Of a stretch of DNA of 46,477 bases, positions 8,280 through 18,234 are shown piece after piece. The notes beneath the pieces were generated by a model. That model had not been told where the DNA came from, did not search any database, and was given only the letters and a program-made list of their open reading frames with translations. The translations under genes and the position numbers were made by a program. Each line of letters starts with the position of its first letter. The stretch's first letter is position 1. The DNA comes from a virus: IMG/VR virus record IMGVR_UViG_3300045988_130925, positions 1 through 46,477 of that record; one strand, 5' to 3'.

Positions 8280-9791
8280 ATGATAAACGGAGAACTTATT
8301 GTAGATAATTTTGCTGGGGGAGGAGGGGCTAGCACGGGTATTGAGGATGCAACAGGTTGTTGTGTGGACATAGCCATTAACCATGATCCGGAAGCTATTA
8401 AGATGCACAAGGCTAACCATCCGTACACAGAGCATTACATTGAGGATGTTTGGCAGGTTGACCCGGTAAAGGTGTGCAATGGGCATCCAGTGGGTCTGGC
8501 ATGGTTTTCACCGGACTGTAAGCACTTCTCCAAGGCCAAAGGTGGAAAGCCGAAAGATAAGAACATTCGTGGTCTTGCATGGGTAGCTTGTAGATGGGCT
8601 GGATTGGTGAGACCGCGGGTGATCATGTTGGAGAACGTCGAAGAATTTAGGACATGGGGGCCGCTAAACCGTGCTCATCATCCGATCAAAGCAAAACAAG
8701 GTGCGACATTCCGGAAGTTTGTGCAACAGCTCACAGAACTTGGATACGAAGTACAGTTCCGGGAACTTGTAGCGGCGGATTATGGAGCGCCGACAATGAG
8801 AAAGCGTTTCTTCATGATCGCGAGATGTGATGGTAAGCCGATTGTATGGCCAGAGCCTACACACGGACCGGCAGACAGCGCGGAAGTGAAACAGGGATTG
8901 CTTAAGCCGTATGTTGGAGCATATACACAGTTGGACTTTTCGCTTCCGTGCCCGTCTATCTTCGACACATCGGAAGAAATCAAAGAGAAATACGGTATCC
9001 GGGCAGTAAGACCGCTCGCAAAGAAAACGATGGATCGTATTGCACGTGGCGTAAAAAAGTTTGTTTTAGACAATCCAGCGCCATTTATAGTGCCGATAGG
9101 ATATGGAGAGAGAAAGGGACAGTCGCCGAGAATCCATGATATAGACAAACCATTGCCAACTATTGTTGGAAGTGGAAAACACTATTTATGTGTTCCACTG
9201 CTGATCCAGTATCATTCCGAAACCACAAAGGATGAGGTCCGCGGACAGGGGATTGAAGCGCCGATTATGACGGTGGACGGATCGAACCGATACGGTCTGG
9301 TGACATCCTTCATCAGCAAATTTTATAAAAGCGGCACTGGACAGGACATTCGCGACCCACTTCACACGATCACTGCCGGAGATGGACATTTTGGAGAGGT
9401 CCGAGCTTTTTTAACGAAATATTATGGATCTGGAACCGGACAAAGCATTGAGGATCCGTTGGATACCGTAACAGCGAGGGATCGCTTCGGCCTTGTAACA
9501 CTATATGGAACGGAATATCAGATAGTTGATATTGGGCTGCGTATGCTCGAGCCAAAAGAATTGTATGGGTGCCAAGGTTTTCCAGAGGACTATATCATTG
9601 ATCGAGACTGTGATGGAAAGACATATAAGCGGAGTGAGCAGGTACGGCGCTGCGGCAACGCTGTTTGCCCTCCAATCCCTACGGCACTGGTACGGGCGAA
9701 TCTCATGGAACTGTGTGTTGCGAAGCGGCTGCCGAATTGTAGGTTTGACCGATTGAAAGAAGAAACAGGAGGCCAGCTACGTTTTGCGTAA
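8280..9791 (+). CDS. DNA (cytosine-5)-methyltransferase, orphan
   Basis: Motif I DNFAGGGG, motif IV FSPDCKHFS, MLENVEEF (ENV), QGFP, motif X CGNAVCPP. Confidence 0.9.
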   Translation: MINGELIVDNFAGGGGASTGIEDATGCCVDIAINHDPEAIKMHKANHPYTEHYIEDVWQVDPVKVCNGHPVGLAWFSPDCKHFSKAKGGKPKDKNIRGLAWVACRWAGLVRPRVIMLENVEEFRTWGPLNRAHHPIKAKQGATFRKFVQQLTELGYEVQFRELVAADYGAPTMRKRFFMIARCDGKPIVWPEPTHGPADSAEVKQGLLKPYVGAYTQLDFSLPCPSIFDTSEEIKEKYGIRAVRPLAKKTMDRIARGVKKFVLDNPAPFIVPIGYGERKGQSPRIHDIDKPLPTIVGSGKHYLCVPLLIQYHSETTKDEVRGQGIEAPIMTVDGSNRYGLVTSFISKFYKSGTGQDIRDPLHTITAGDGHFGEVRAFLTKYYGSGTGQSIEDPLDTVTARDRFGLVTLYGTEYQIVDIGLRMLEPKELYGCQGFPEDYIIDRDCDGKTYKRSEQVRRCGNAVCPPIPTALVRANLMELCVAKRLPNCRFDRLKEETGGQLRFA

Positions 9792-9800
9792 GGAATGCAT

Positions 9801-9926
9801 ATGGAAGAGAACACAATAACGACAGTGGAGTGCCGGAAACTGCGGGAACTTATCCGTGATATCACAAGCGGGCACATTCTTACCCATGAAGAAGCTGAGA
9901 AGGCATTGGAGGAGATGCGAAAATGA
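9801..9926 (+). CDS. small hypothetical protein (41 aa)
   Basis: ATG 9801; ATGA overlap with the next gene. Confidence 0.3.
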   Translation: MEENTITTVECRKLRELIRDITSGHILTHEEAEKALEEMRK

Positions 9927-10138
9927 AATTTAAAGAGTTTGTGAATTGGTGCAATGAAAGAGCATGTGATGGATGCTGGGGAATGCTAACAGCTATGGCG
10001 AGCATTGATTTAATACAACAGGTTAGAAAAATCCCTTTCTGGAGAAGAGAGAAGTTTTGGAAAGAAAATTACGAACATCAGGTATTAGACGAGATTGTTA
10101 ATCCGATAGAGAAGAAACTGGAGGAAATGGGAAAATAA
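9923..10138 (+). CDS. hypothetical protein
   Basis: ORF-track entry; coupled start. Confidence 0.45.
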   Translation: MKFKEFVNWCNERACDGCWGMLTAMASIDLIQQVRKIPFWRREKFWKENYEHQVLDEIVNPIEKKLEEMGK

Positions 10139-10238
10139 TGTAACGTTGAGGTGGGGACAACAATAAGTGCTCTGCATGGTAACATGGAAATAGAGAAACC
10201 ATGACCATATGGGGCATTTTTTATTTGGAGGTGAGTAC

Positions 10239-10679
10239 ATGGGAAAGGCACCAAAATACACAAGTGTCAAAGAAGTAGAGGATAAAATAGCACAGTATTT
10301 TGAAAAGTGTAAGGGTTATCCATTGACCGATGATGAAGGAAAACAAGTCTATAACAAATTCGGCCAGCCTATTTTTGTGGACGTTCACCCGCCAACAGTA
10401 ACGGGACTAGCATTAGCGTTAGGATTTACAAGCAGACAAGCACTGCTGAACTATCAAGCAAAACCACAGTTCGTTGACACGATAACGCGCGCAAAAGCCA
10501 GAGTAGAGCAGTATGCAGAGGAAAGACTGTTTGACCGTGATGGTTCCAATGGCGCACAATTTAGCTTGAGAAATAACTTTAAGGGCTGGGACGTTGATAA
10601 GAGAAATGATGATTCTGGAGATGGGAAGATTACGATTGTAAACAATATTCCGAGACCGGAGAAACAGGATGGAAAGTAA
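10239..10679 (+). CDS. terminase small subunit
   Basis: GGAGGTGAGTAC RBS, then ATG. HTH PTVTGLALALGFTSRQALLNY. Directly precedes and overlaps the large terminase gene. Confidence 0.75.
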   Translation: MGKAPKYTSVKEVEDKIAQYFEKCKGYPLTDDEGKQVYNKFGQPIFVDVHPPTVTGLALALGFTSRQALLNYQAKPQFVDTITRAKARVEQYAEERLFDRDGSNGAQFSLRNNFKGWDVDKRNDDSGDGKITIVNNIPRPEKQDGK

Positions 10680-11925
10680 TGCTGTCAAGCTAAACGAAAT
10701 CATAGCCCCGGCTTTTTATGATGTGTTCTGGGATGTATTAGACGGAAAGCATACCTATTATGATTTATACGGCGGGCGAGGTTCTACGAAATCTTCTTTT
10801 GTTGGAACCATGATTCCATTCCAGATGATGCAGGATGCAGAAAATGGGGATTTTACGAATGCAGTGATATTCCGCAAGGTTGGAACCACACTCCGGGAAT
10901 CGGTATACGAACAGATAGCGTGGGGAATTGATGCACTGGGAGCAAATGATTTGTGGAACAGCAGCCTAAGCCCTATGCAGTACACTTATAAGCCTACTGG
11001 GCAGAAGATCATATTCAGAGGTCTGGATAAGGCAAAGAAGACCAAGTCCATTAAAATAAAACGTGGATATTTCAAATATCTTTGGTTTGAGGAGCTTGAC
11101 GAGTTTGCCGGAATTGAAGAAATCCGAACGGTGCAACAGTCGGTTCTCCGTGGCGGGAGTCAATTTATTGTATACAAGACATTTAACCCGCCAATCAGTC
11201 GAAGTAACTGGGCGAATGTATATGTGAGCGAGCCGAGGGTGGACAGCTATAGGCATAAGAGTGATTACAGATCTGTCCCGACTGAATGGCTTGGACAACA
11301 GTTTATTGATGATGCGGAACATCTGAAAAAGACGAATCCACGAGCTTACGAGCATGAATATTTAGGACTTCCGGTTGGGCTTGGAACAAATATTTTTGAT
11401 CTATTGGAGATTCGGACAATAACAGACGAAGAGATTCAGAAGTATCAAAGTATTTACCAGGGGCAGGACTGGGGCTGGTATCCAGACCCCAAAGCTTTTA
11501 TTCGTTTGGCTTATGTGCCTAATAAAGAAAAGGTTGTTTTGCTTGATGAGCTAGGCGGTTGCAAGATTAGAAACGCTGCAATGGCTGACGAAATAAAAAA
11601 GAAGCAGTATGACGATTACGTTATATATTGCGGAGTTGATGAGGAAGAAAGCATTGTCGACTTCCGAGATGCAGGTCTTCCGGCGCGCAGAGCAATCGTG
11701 ACGCCTGGAAGCCGTAAATATACATTTGAGTGGCTACAATGCCGGACCCTAGTTATTGATCCGGAACGAACGCCGAGAGCATACAAAGAAATCATTAACT
11801 ATGAACATGAGGTTGACAGCAATGGAGAAGTTATTGCGGACTATCCAGACGGAAATGACCACTGGATAGATTCCATCAGATACGCCACCAGTCCACTATC
11901 CATGAGAAGGGGGAACAGTGCATAA
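10669..11925 (+). CDS. terminase large subunit (PBSX/XtmB-like)
   Basis: Walker A-like YGGRGSTKSSF; 418 aa; C-terminal nuclease-like region; position. Confidence 0.9.
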   Translation: MESNAVKLNEIIAPAFYDVFWDVLDGKHTYYDLYGGRGSTKSSFVGTMIPFQMMQDAENGDFTNAVIFRKVGTTLRESVYEQIAWGIDALGANDLWNSSLSPMQYTYKPTGQKIIFRGLDKAKKTKSIKIKRGYFKYLWFEELDEFAGIEEIRTVQQSVLRGGSQFIVYKTFNPPISRSNWANVYVSEPRVDSYRHKSDYRSVPTEWLGQQFIDDAEHLKKTNPRAYEHEYLGLPVGLGTNIFDLLEIRTITDEEIQKYQSIYQGQDWGWYPDPKAFIRLAYVPNKEKVVLLDELGGCKIRNAAMADEIKKKQYDDYVIYCGVDEEESIVDFRDAGLPARRAIVTPGSRKYTFEWLQCRTLVIDPERTPRAYKEIINYEHEVDSNGEVIADYPDGNDHWIDSIRYATSPLSMRRGNSA

Positions 11926-12296
11926 TGTGTAAATTTTGCGATGAATTAAACATTTTGAACAACTTTGTTGGATACAAATATGGGTGCCAGATTTACGCGA
12001 CTTCTTACTATACAAAAGCAGGGGTTACATCTCAACCATTTGACCTTAATTGGTGTCCTGTTTGCGGAAAAGGGATAAAGAAAGATTTGAAGAAGGGAAC
12101 GGCAAATAAAGTCACACATGTTATTGTTGGCGAAACCGTAATTCCGGCAGGGAATCTTATCAGTGTAAACGCAAGCTATGGCGAGGTTGAGTTGGAATAC
12201 AGGGACGATATCGAAAAAGGCGTGGTGCGAACTGTAAAACTCAATGCTCCATACGGTAGCACTGGGGTTATTGTAGACGATACAGGTGAGGAATAA
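11925..12296 (+). CDS. hypothetical Zn-ribbon protein between terminase and portal
   Basis: CKFC...CPVC pairs; ATGA-type coupling. Confidence 0.5.
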   Translation: MCKFCDELNILNNFVGYKYGCQIYATSYYTKAGVTSQPFDLNWCPVCGKGIKKDLKKGTANKVTHVIVGETVIPAGNLISVNASYGEVELEYRDDIEKGVVRTVKLNAPYGSTGVIVDDTGEE

Positions 12297-13724
12297 ATGG
12301 GAATCTTATCAACGATAAAAAGGTGGTTTAGCATGATATTTAAACGGCAGGCAGAGAACGACTTTGATGTGGAATCCATCGTATCTCCAGAGATGGAAAA
12401 AGCTATAGATCAGTGTGCGAAGATATACCACGGTCAGCCGGAGTGGTTGGACGATGATGAGGGCATTAAGACCATCAACTTTGCAAAAGCGCTTTGCTCT
12501 GAAACTGCCCGCCTGGCAACACTGGGTATCGGAATACATCTGGAGGGCAGCGCCCGTGCAACGTGGTTGCAGCAGCAGATAGACCTTGTCTATGCGAAAC
12601 TCCGCGACTGGGTGGAGTATGGATGTGCATACGGAACCGTGTTTTTGAAGCCAAACGGCACAAGTCTGGATGTATTCACCCCGGCGGACGTGCTGCTTGT
12701 TGATTATGACAACTTGGATGTGCGCGGAATCATCTTCAAGGACAGCTACCAGTCCGGGAAGAAATGGTACACCCGCCTGGAGTATCACAGGTTTGTGGAG
12801 ACGGTACAGGATGGCGTGACGCTCTACCCCTACTATGTGAGCAACCGGGCATACGTTTCTAAATCTGCCGATAGCCTTGGTGATCCGGTGCCGCTGACGC
12901 AGACGAAATGGGCTGATATGTTGGAGGACACGCCGCCGATTCTTAAAGCATCCGGGGAGCCGCTGGACAAGCCGATGTTTGGTGTCTTCCGCACACCGCA
13001 GGCCAATAACGTAGATATATCGTCCCCACTTGGGCTGCCGATATTCCGCGAAGCCGTAGAAGAACTGAAAGACCTTGACATAGCATACAGCCGGAATGCG
13101 GGAGAGATATTTGACAGCCAGAAAATCATACTGGCAGATGACAGACTGATGTATGAGAGCGGGCAGAAGATAAAACACAGTGGCCCGGCGGACGCGGTTG
13201 GTCTTCCGCACTACGTTAAAAATGTATTCGGCAACGATACAAAGGAGTTTTACCAGGAGATTAACCCACAGCTTAATACCGAAGTCAGAATCAAGGGCAT
13301 CAATAACCTGTTAAGCCAGATTGGATACAAGGCCGGATTCGCGAACGGGTACTTTGTCTTTAACGAGTCCTCTGGCATCCAGACGGCTACAGGCGTGGAA
13401 GCTGACCAACAGCGCACCGTCCAGTTTATCAAGGATGTACGCGATCAGTTGGAAGCGTGCCTTGATGCCACCATATACGCACTTAACGTATACGCAGACC
13501 TTTACAACCTGTCACCTGTAGGGCCTTATGAGGTTACATATGACTTTGGTGACATCCTGTATGACCGGGAAGCGGATCGGAGCCGCTGGTGGCAGTATGT
13601 TACGCAAGGCAAGGTTCCGGCGTGGTACTACTTCGTGAAGTTCGAGGGCATGACGAAAGAGGATGCGAAAGCAATGGTTGATGAAGCACAGCCGGAAGAA
13701 AAAGGGCTGTTTGATGAAGAATAG
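12297..13724 (+). CDS. portal protein (SPP1 gp6-like)
   Basis: 475 aa, acidic C-terminus, position after the terminase genes. Confidence 0.85.
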   Translation: MGILSTIKRWFSMIFKRQAENDFDVESIVSPEMEKAIDQCAKIYHGQPEWLDDDEGIKTINFAKALCSETARLATLGIGIHLEGSARATWLQQQIDLVYAKLRDWVEYGCAYGTVFLKPNGTSLDVFTPADVLLVDYDNLDVRGIIFKDSYQSGKKWYTRLEYHRFVETVQDGVTLYPYYVSNRAYVSKSADSLGDPVPLTQTKWADMLEDTPPILKASGEPLDKPMFGVFRTPQANNVDISSPLGLPIFREAVEELKDLDIAYSRNAGEIFDSQKIILADDRLMYESGQKIKHSGPADAVGLPHYVKNVFGNDTKEFYQEINPQLNTEVRIKGINNLLSQIGYKAGFANGYFVFNESSGIQTATGVEADQQRTVQFIKDVRDQLEACLDATIYALNVYADLYNLSPVGPYEVTYDFGDILYDREADRSRWWQYVTQGKVPAWYYFVKFEGMTKEDAKAMVDEAQPEEKGLFDEE

Positions 13725-13729
13725 GAGGT

Positions 13730-14554
13730 ATGGAGATGATAAGTAACTGTGGGCATGATGAGCGCGGCAAGTATTCCGGCGGCAAGGCAGGAGATCAGAA
13801 AGGTGACGAGTGGGCCGTTATCCCGTGGTATAGCCGCCCGTGGGGCGTTATGCTCCGGCACCCAAACGCTACGGTAGGGAAAAAGATTGCTGATCTTGCG
13901 GAAAGAGCGGCGAAAAATGACCATATCGGCTATGACCAGGGAGACCGTTACACATTCTGGCAGCAGCTGAAAGCATCCGGCTATGACCCGGCGAAGATCA
14001 CGGTTGACTGCGAAGCGGACTGTAGCTCCGGAGTTGCGGCACTGGTAAAGGCTGTTGGATATCTGATGCAGGACAAAAAGCTCCAAGGAGTGAGCGTCTA
14101 CTGTTATACTGGCAACCTTCGGGCGGCACTGGTAAAAGCCGGATTTAACGCATATATGGACAAAGAGTATCTCAACGGAGATTCATATTTGCAACCGGGT
14201 GACGTGCTGCTGCTGGAAGGGCACCATGTGGCGGTAAATCTGACTGAGGGAAAGAATGCAACCATAGGAACGCTTTTAACGGGATGGAGAAAAACATCTG
14301 ATGGCAAGTATATGTATTTCTCTGACGGCAAAGCCTTAAAAAACCGCTGGGAACTTATCAACCATCACTGGTACCTGTTTGGCGCAGACGGCTATATGCT
14401 GACCGGGTGGCACAGATGGGACGGACACAACGTAGATCCAGAGGGCAACACCGGGGACTGGTACTATCTGGATGAGACTGCCGGGGGAGTACTGGAGGGT
14501 GCTTGCTGGCACAGCCGGGACAATGGAAGCATGGAAATATGGTATGTAGAGTAG
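13730..14554 (+). CDS. peptidoglycan hydrolase (NlpC/P60- or amidase-like Cys/His domain) with C-terminal cell-wall-binding repeats
   Basis: Catalytic-looking EADCSSG and EGHHVAVN. C-terminal GW/YY repeats (GWRKTSDGKYMYF, HHWYLFGADGYMLTGW, DWYYLDE) of choline-binding type. An alternative ATG lies at 13736. Confidence 0.7.
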   Translation: MEMISNCGHDERGKYSGGKAGDQKGDEWAVIPWYSRPWGVMLRHPNATVGKKIADLAERAAKNDHIGYDQGDRYTFWQQLKASGYDPAKITVDCEADCSSGVAALVKAVGYLMQDKKLQGVSVYCYTGNLRAALVKAGFNAYMDKEYLNGDSYLQPGDVLLLEGHHVAVNLTEGKNATIGTLLTGWRKTSDGKYMYFSDGKALKNRWELINHHWYLFGADGYMLTGWHRWDGHNVDPEGNTGDWYYLDETAGGVLEGACWHSRDNGSMEIWYVE

Positions 14555-14623
14555 AGGAAGCAGTAGCAATGGTCAAAGAAGATCAGCCAGACGAACCAAC
14601 ATTATTCGGAGAGGAGCAAAAAG

Positions 14624-15958
14624 ATGGCAGACAAACCAGTAACAAGGGAAGAAAAATATCTTGCGTACTTGACAGGTGATTACACGGGCGGACTCCAGAA
14701 GCCAATAACGAGAACGGAGAAGTATTTATACGAATTATGTTTAAAAGGAATTGGCGGGGACATCTCGCCGGAAGAAATCAAGAACGCAGTAAATGAGTAC
14801 CTTGAAAAGAATCCAGTCAAACCTGGTGCTACAACAGAACAGGCACAGCAGATCGAGCAGAACAAGACGGATGTTACTTCGCTGAAAAAGGAAACTAGTT
14901 CACTAAAGGAAGATTTAGAGATTTCACTATTAGAAAACGACAGACTATATGAAGGTACAAATCTTGCCGAAAAATTCAAAGATGAAATCGCTAATTACTC
15001 AGACATCTGGCAGTGGATCAAAGCCAGAATCAAGGCAGGAAACTTTGCGGGTATTCATGTAAATGATTTTATCCGCTGGCAGACCACAAACAATAAATGG
15101 ATCGAGTCACGCGTCGCCGGTATCAACACCTATAGGAGGTACGGTGACCGTGAAGTGTCAAACCACATCGACTTCATCAGTAAAGACCTGTGGCCGACAC
15201 TGCATGTTATGCAACCAGTCGATTATAATAATGGCGTAATTCCTATTGAAAACTTGTCAGGTGATGGTACAAAAACAGCATTCGTCTTAACAAATGAAAT
15301 GGCTGGCATTGCGTCTGTTACGATTGGCGGTACTGCGGTGACAAGCTACACATACGACATTGACACTCACACAATCACTTTTACCGAAGCACCGGCAACA
15401 GGTACAAACAATATTGTAGTGACCGGAACTGGTTCTATGTACTCATGGTTATCATCAGACCTGTATCTGTACGCAAACAGCCTTAGGGGGCATGTGCCGA
15501 GTGGCACAAGCAAAACATCACCTGTTAAGCTTGTTGATTATCGGAATGATGGCATTTGGCCTAAATTACCGGATGAATTAAAGGCTGTAATTGTAACTAA
15601 ACGTGTATTACTTCCGAAACGATATTCCGCGTCAGGGGTGCTGTCAAGTACCAACGACTGGGGATGGGAGGGCGTGGGTAAGCTCTGGATTCCGTCCGAA
15701 GTAGAAGTGTACGGATGTGGTGTGTGGGCGAATAGTACATGCGATAAAGGTGGATTTGTCCAGTATCCGATATTCAACTGCAATATGAGACGTGTAAAAG
15801 TACTGGGTGACGGAGGTGGCCGCGCCAACTGGTGGCTGATCTCTGCTAAGGATGGCAACACCGGCAACTTCTGTTATGTCGGCAGCAACGGTGCTGCCAA
15901 CGCTACCAGTGCTTCCGCCACCTGGGTGGGGCTGCCCGTCTGCTTCCGAATTGCATAG
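14624..15958 (+). CDS. fibre-like / surface-binding structural protein (putative)
   Basis: Duplicated N-terminal TREEKYLAYLTG / TRTEKYLYELC motif, common in Firmicutes phage fibre N-termini. Coiled coil and a beta-rich C-terminus. Confidence 0.45.
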   Translation: MADKPVTREEKYLAYLTGDYTGGLQKPITRTEKYLYELCLKGIGGDISPEEIKNAVNEYLEKNPVKPGATTEQAQQIEQNKTDVTSLKKETSSLKEDLEISLLENDRLYEGTNLAEKFKDEIANYSDIWQWIKARIKAGNFAGIHVNDFIRWQTTNNKWIESRVAGINTYRRYGDREVSNHIDFISKDLWPTLHVMQPVDYNNGVIPIENLSGDGTKTAFVLTNEMAGIASVTIGGTAVTSYTYDIDTHTITFTEAPATGTNNIVVTGTGSMYSWLSSDLYLYANSLRGHVPSGTSKTSPVKLVDYRNDGIWPKLPDELKAVIVTKRVLLPKRYSASGVLSSTNDWGWEGVGKLWIPSEVEVYGCGVWANSTCDKGGFVQYPIFNCNMRRVKVLGDGGGRANWWLISAKDGNTGNFCYVGSNGAANATSASATWVGLPVCFRIA

Positions 15959-15976
15959 TGAAAGGAGATTAAATCT

Positions 15977-16171
15977 ATGAATTATAAAGCTGAAATAGTA
16001 GCTCTAAAAAGTTTACTTGCTGACACTGATTACAAGGCATTAAAACATGCTGATGGTGCAATGAGTGATGAAGAATATGAGCCTGTTAGAGTACAAAGAG
16101 AAGAATGGCGCAGACTTATCAATGAGTATGAAGAAAAAGTGAAAGATATGGATGAATCGGAGTTTATGTAA
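15977..16171 (+). CDS. hypothetical acidic protein
   Basis: AAGGAGA RBS; 64 aa. Confidence 0.45.
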   Translation: MNYKAEIVALKSLLADTDYKALKHADGAMSDEEYEPVRVQREEWRRLINEYEEKVKDMDESEFM

Positions 16172-16265
16172 TTAACTAAAGAGGGCTTTAGTTGACTAAG
16201 CGTCTTATGACCATTGCTTATGCTTCTCCCCAAAAAAAACAGCTGAAGACCGAAAGAGGTGATAT

Positions 16266-17489
16266 ATTATACTTAATCCAGAATATTTACGCCAGATAGC
16301 AGAGGGCAGCGAGGATATAGCATCTTCGCTGCATAGCTATATCCTAAACCGAATCATCGAAGCTATCATGATCCGGTTGGGGCGCGGGGAGAAGTACATA
16401 CTCACATCATCCGACCGATGGCGCATCCAGATACTACAGGATGCCGGGTATATGTTGCAGGATATCACGCAGGAGATAGCCCGATATACAAAGTTACAGC
16501 GCGAAGAGGTAGCCGCCGCAATGGAAGAAGCCGGAGTAAAGGCTATGGCTTACGATAAGGCTGTATACGAAGCTGCCGGAATTACCACGGAAGCCCTAGA
16601 ACAGTCTCCGGCACTAGTGCGGATACTTCAAAGGGATTACGAAGCCACTATGGGCGAGTGGTCAAATATGACAAGAACCACCGCAGAAGCCGCACAGAGC
16701 CTATTTATCAGTGAGTGCGACAATGCGTACCATAAGGTCATAAGCGGGGCTGTATCGTACATACAGGCTGTCAGAGAAGCTGTTGATACGGTTGCGCAGA
16801 ATGGTGTTATAGTCCGGTATCCAACGGGGCATAGAGACACCATTGAGACGGCAACAGCGCGAGCGGTGCGCACCGGGATATCTCAGGCTTCCGGTGACAT
16901 ATCCATGCAGCGGATGAAAGAGCAGGAGTGGGATATAATCCTTGTATCGGCACACATCGGGGCCAGAACTGGAGACGGCGGGGCGAATCCTGGAAACCAC
17001 CTGTGGTGGCAAGGCCAGTTTTATAGCCGAACCGGGCAAGACAAGCGCTTCCCTCCGTTTTCTCTGACCGGATATGGCACGGGAGAGGGCCTGGGCGGTT
17101 GGAACTGCCGTCACAGCTTTGGACCCGGTGACGGAGTGAATAATCCGTATAAGGATATCCAAACTGCGGACAACGAGCGCATGGAGAAGTTGGAGCAGCG
17201 GCAACGAGCCTTAGAGCGCAGAATCCGCAAAACAAAGCAAGCGGTTATGGGCCTACAGACGGCGGTAGAAAACTGCAAGGATGACGCACTGCGCTTCGAA
17301 TTGCAAGCCGAGCTTGACAGGAAGTCTTATCTTTTACAAAAGCAAAATGCTGCATACAAGGATTACTGTAAGCAGAACGACCTAAGAGAATTACAAGACC
17401 GCCTCATGATAGCGAAGTGGAACCGCCAGAGCGCCGCAAAAGCCAGAGGAGCTGCGAAGCGATATAAAACAGCAAAGGGGATTGACTGA
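16266..17489 (+). CDS. head morphogenesis protein (SPP1 gp7 / Mu F family), probable non-canonical start
   Basis: HLWWQGQFYS and GGWNCRHSF motifs. Sensible sequence (LNPEYLRQIAEGSEDIASSLHSYILNRIIEAI) extends upstream of the first ATG (16368) to a TGA at 16260-16262. Confidence 0.8.
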   Translation: MILNPEYLRQIAEGSEDIASSLHSYILNRIIEAIMIRLGRGEKYILTSSDRWRIQILQDAGYMLQDITQEIARYTKLQREEVAAAMEEAGVKAMAYDKAVYEAAGITTEALEQSPALVRILQRDYEATMGEWSNMTRTTAEAAQSLFISECDNAYHKVISGAVSYIQAVREAVDTVAQNGVIVRYPTGHRDTIETATARAVRTGISQASGDISMQRMKEQEWDIILVSAHIGARTGDGGANPGNHLWWQGQFYSRTGQDKRFPPFSLTGYGTGEGLGGWNCRHSFGPGDGVNNPYKDIQTADNERMEKLEQRQRALERRIRKTKQAVMGLQTAVENCKDDALRFELQAELDRKSYLLQKQNAAYKDYCKQNDLRELQDRLMIAKWNRQSAAKARGAAKRYKTAKGID

Positions 17490-17872
17490 TGGACAAATGG
17501 GAATATTTCAATCCGAACCCTGTTAAGGATAAGAGAACAGGAGATTGCGTTGTCCGGGCAATATGCAAGGCAACCGGTTTTGACTGGGAAACAGCATTCG
17601 CCGGATTAATGGTACAGGCATGTGCTCTGTCAGATATGCCGAGTGCAAATTATGTCTGGGGTGCGTACCTTAAAGACTTGGGATATCAGCGACACTTGAT
17701 AGACGATCATGGACGTTATATCTATACAGTCAACGACTTCTGCGCAGACCATCCAACCGGCACATACATTCTCTGTATAGATGGTCATGTGGTGACGGTA
17801 CAGAATGGCAAATATTACGACACCTGGGACAGCGGAGGCGAGATCCCAGTGTATTACTGGGAGAAAAAATAA
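17489..17872 (+). CDS. hypothetical protein with a papain-like Cys/His arrangement (tentative)
   Basis: TGDCVVRAICKA ... IDGHVVTV ... YDTWD; ATGA coupling to the MuF gene. Confidence 0.35.
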   Translation: MDKWEYFNPNPVKDKRTGDCVVRAICKATGFDWETAFAGLMVQACALSDMPSANYVWGAYLKDLGYQRHLIDDHGRYIYTVNDFCADHPTGTYILCIDGHVVTVQNGKYYDTWDSGGEIPVYYWEKK

Positions 17873-17892
17873 TACTTTAGGAGATAAACACT

Positions 17893-18234
17893 ATGGAAGT
17901 GATTATACACTATGTAACTGCACACTGGGTCTCATGGCTGTTTGGCCTTATATCAGTATTGCTTTCTGGGGCATATCATAAATTATCGAAGCAATTAAAA
18001 TCAGAGCGCACCCGAACAAATGCAATCAATGCGGGAGTTTTGGCGCTCCTCCATGACCGACTTTATCAGGCCTGTACCTTTTATTTAAAACGCAAATACT
18101 GCACCCTGGAAGACAGAGATAATCTTGAGTATATGTTTAAGCCATACAAGGCACTCGGAGGAAATGGAACCGGTGAGGATCTTTATAACAGGTGTTTGGC
18201 TCTGCCATATGAGCCAAGAGAAAGCGAGGTGTGA
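17893..18234 (+). CDS. hypothetical protein with an N-terminal TM segment
   Basis: HWVSWLFGLISVLLSGAY hydrophobic stretch. Confidence 0.4.
   Translation: MEVIIHYVTAHWVSWLFGLISVLLSGAYHKLSKQLKSERTRTNAINAGVLALLHDRLYQACTFYLKRKYCTLEDRDNLEYMFKPYKALGGNGTGEDLYNRCLALPYEPRESEV

Noticed and set aside
12309-13211. 300-aa minus-strand ORF
   Set aside because: It lies entirely antisense to the portal gene. The sequence is Arg/Cys/His-rich and low-plausibility, with no RBS. It is a typical shadow ORF.
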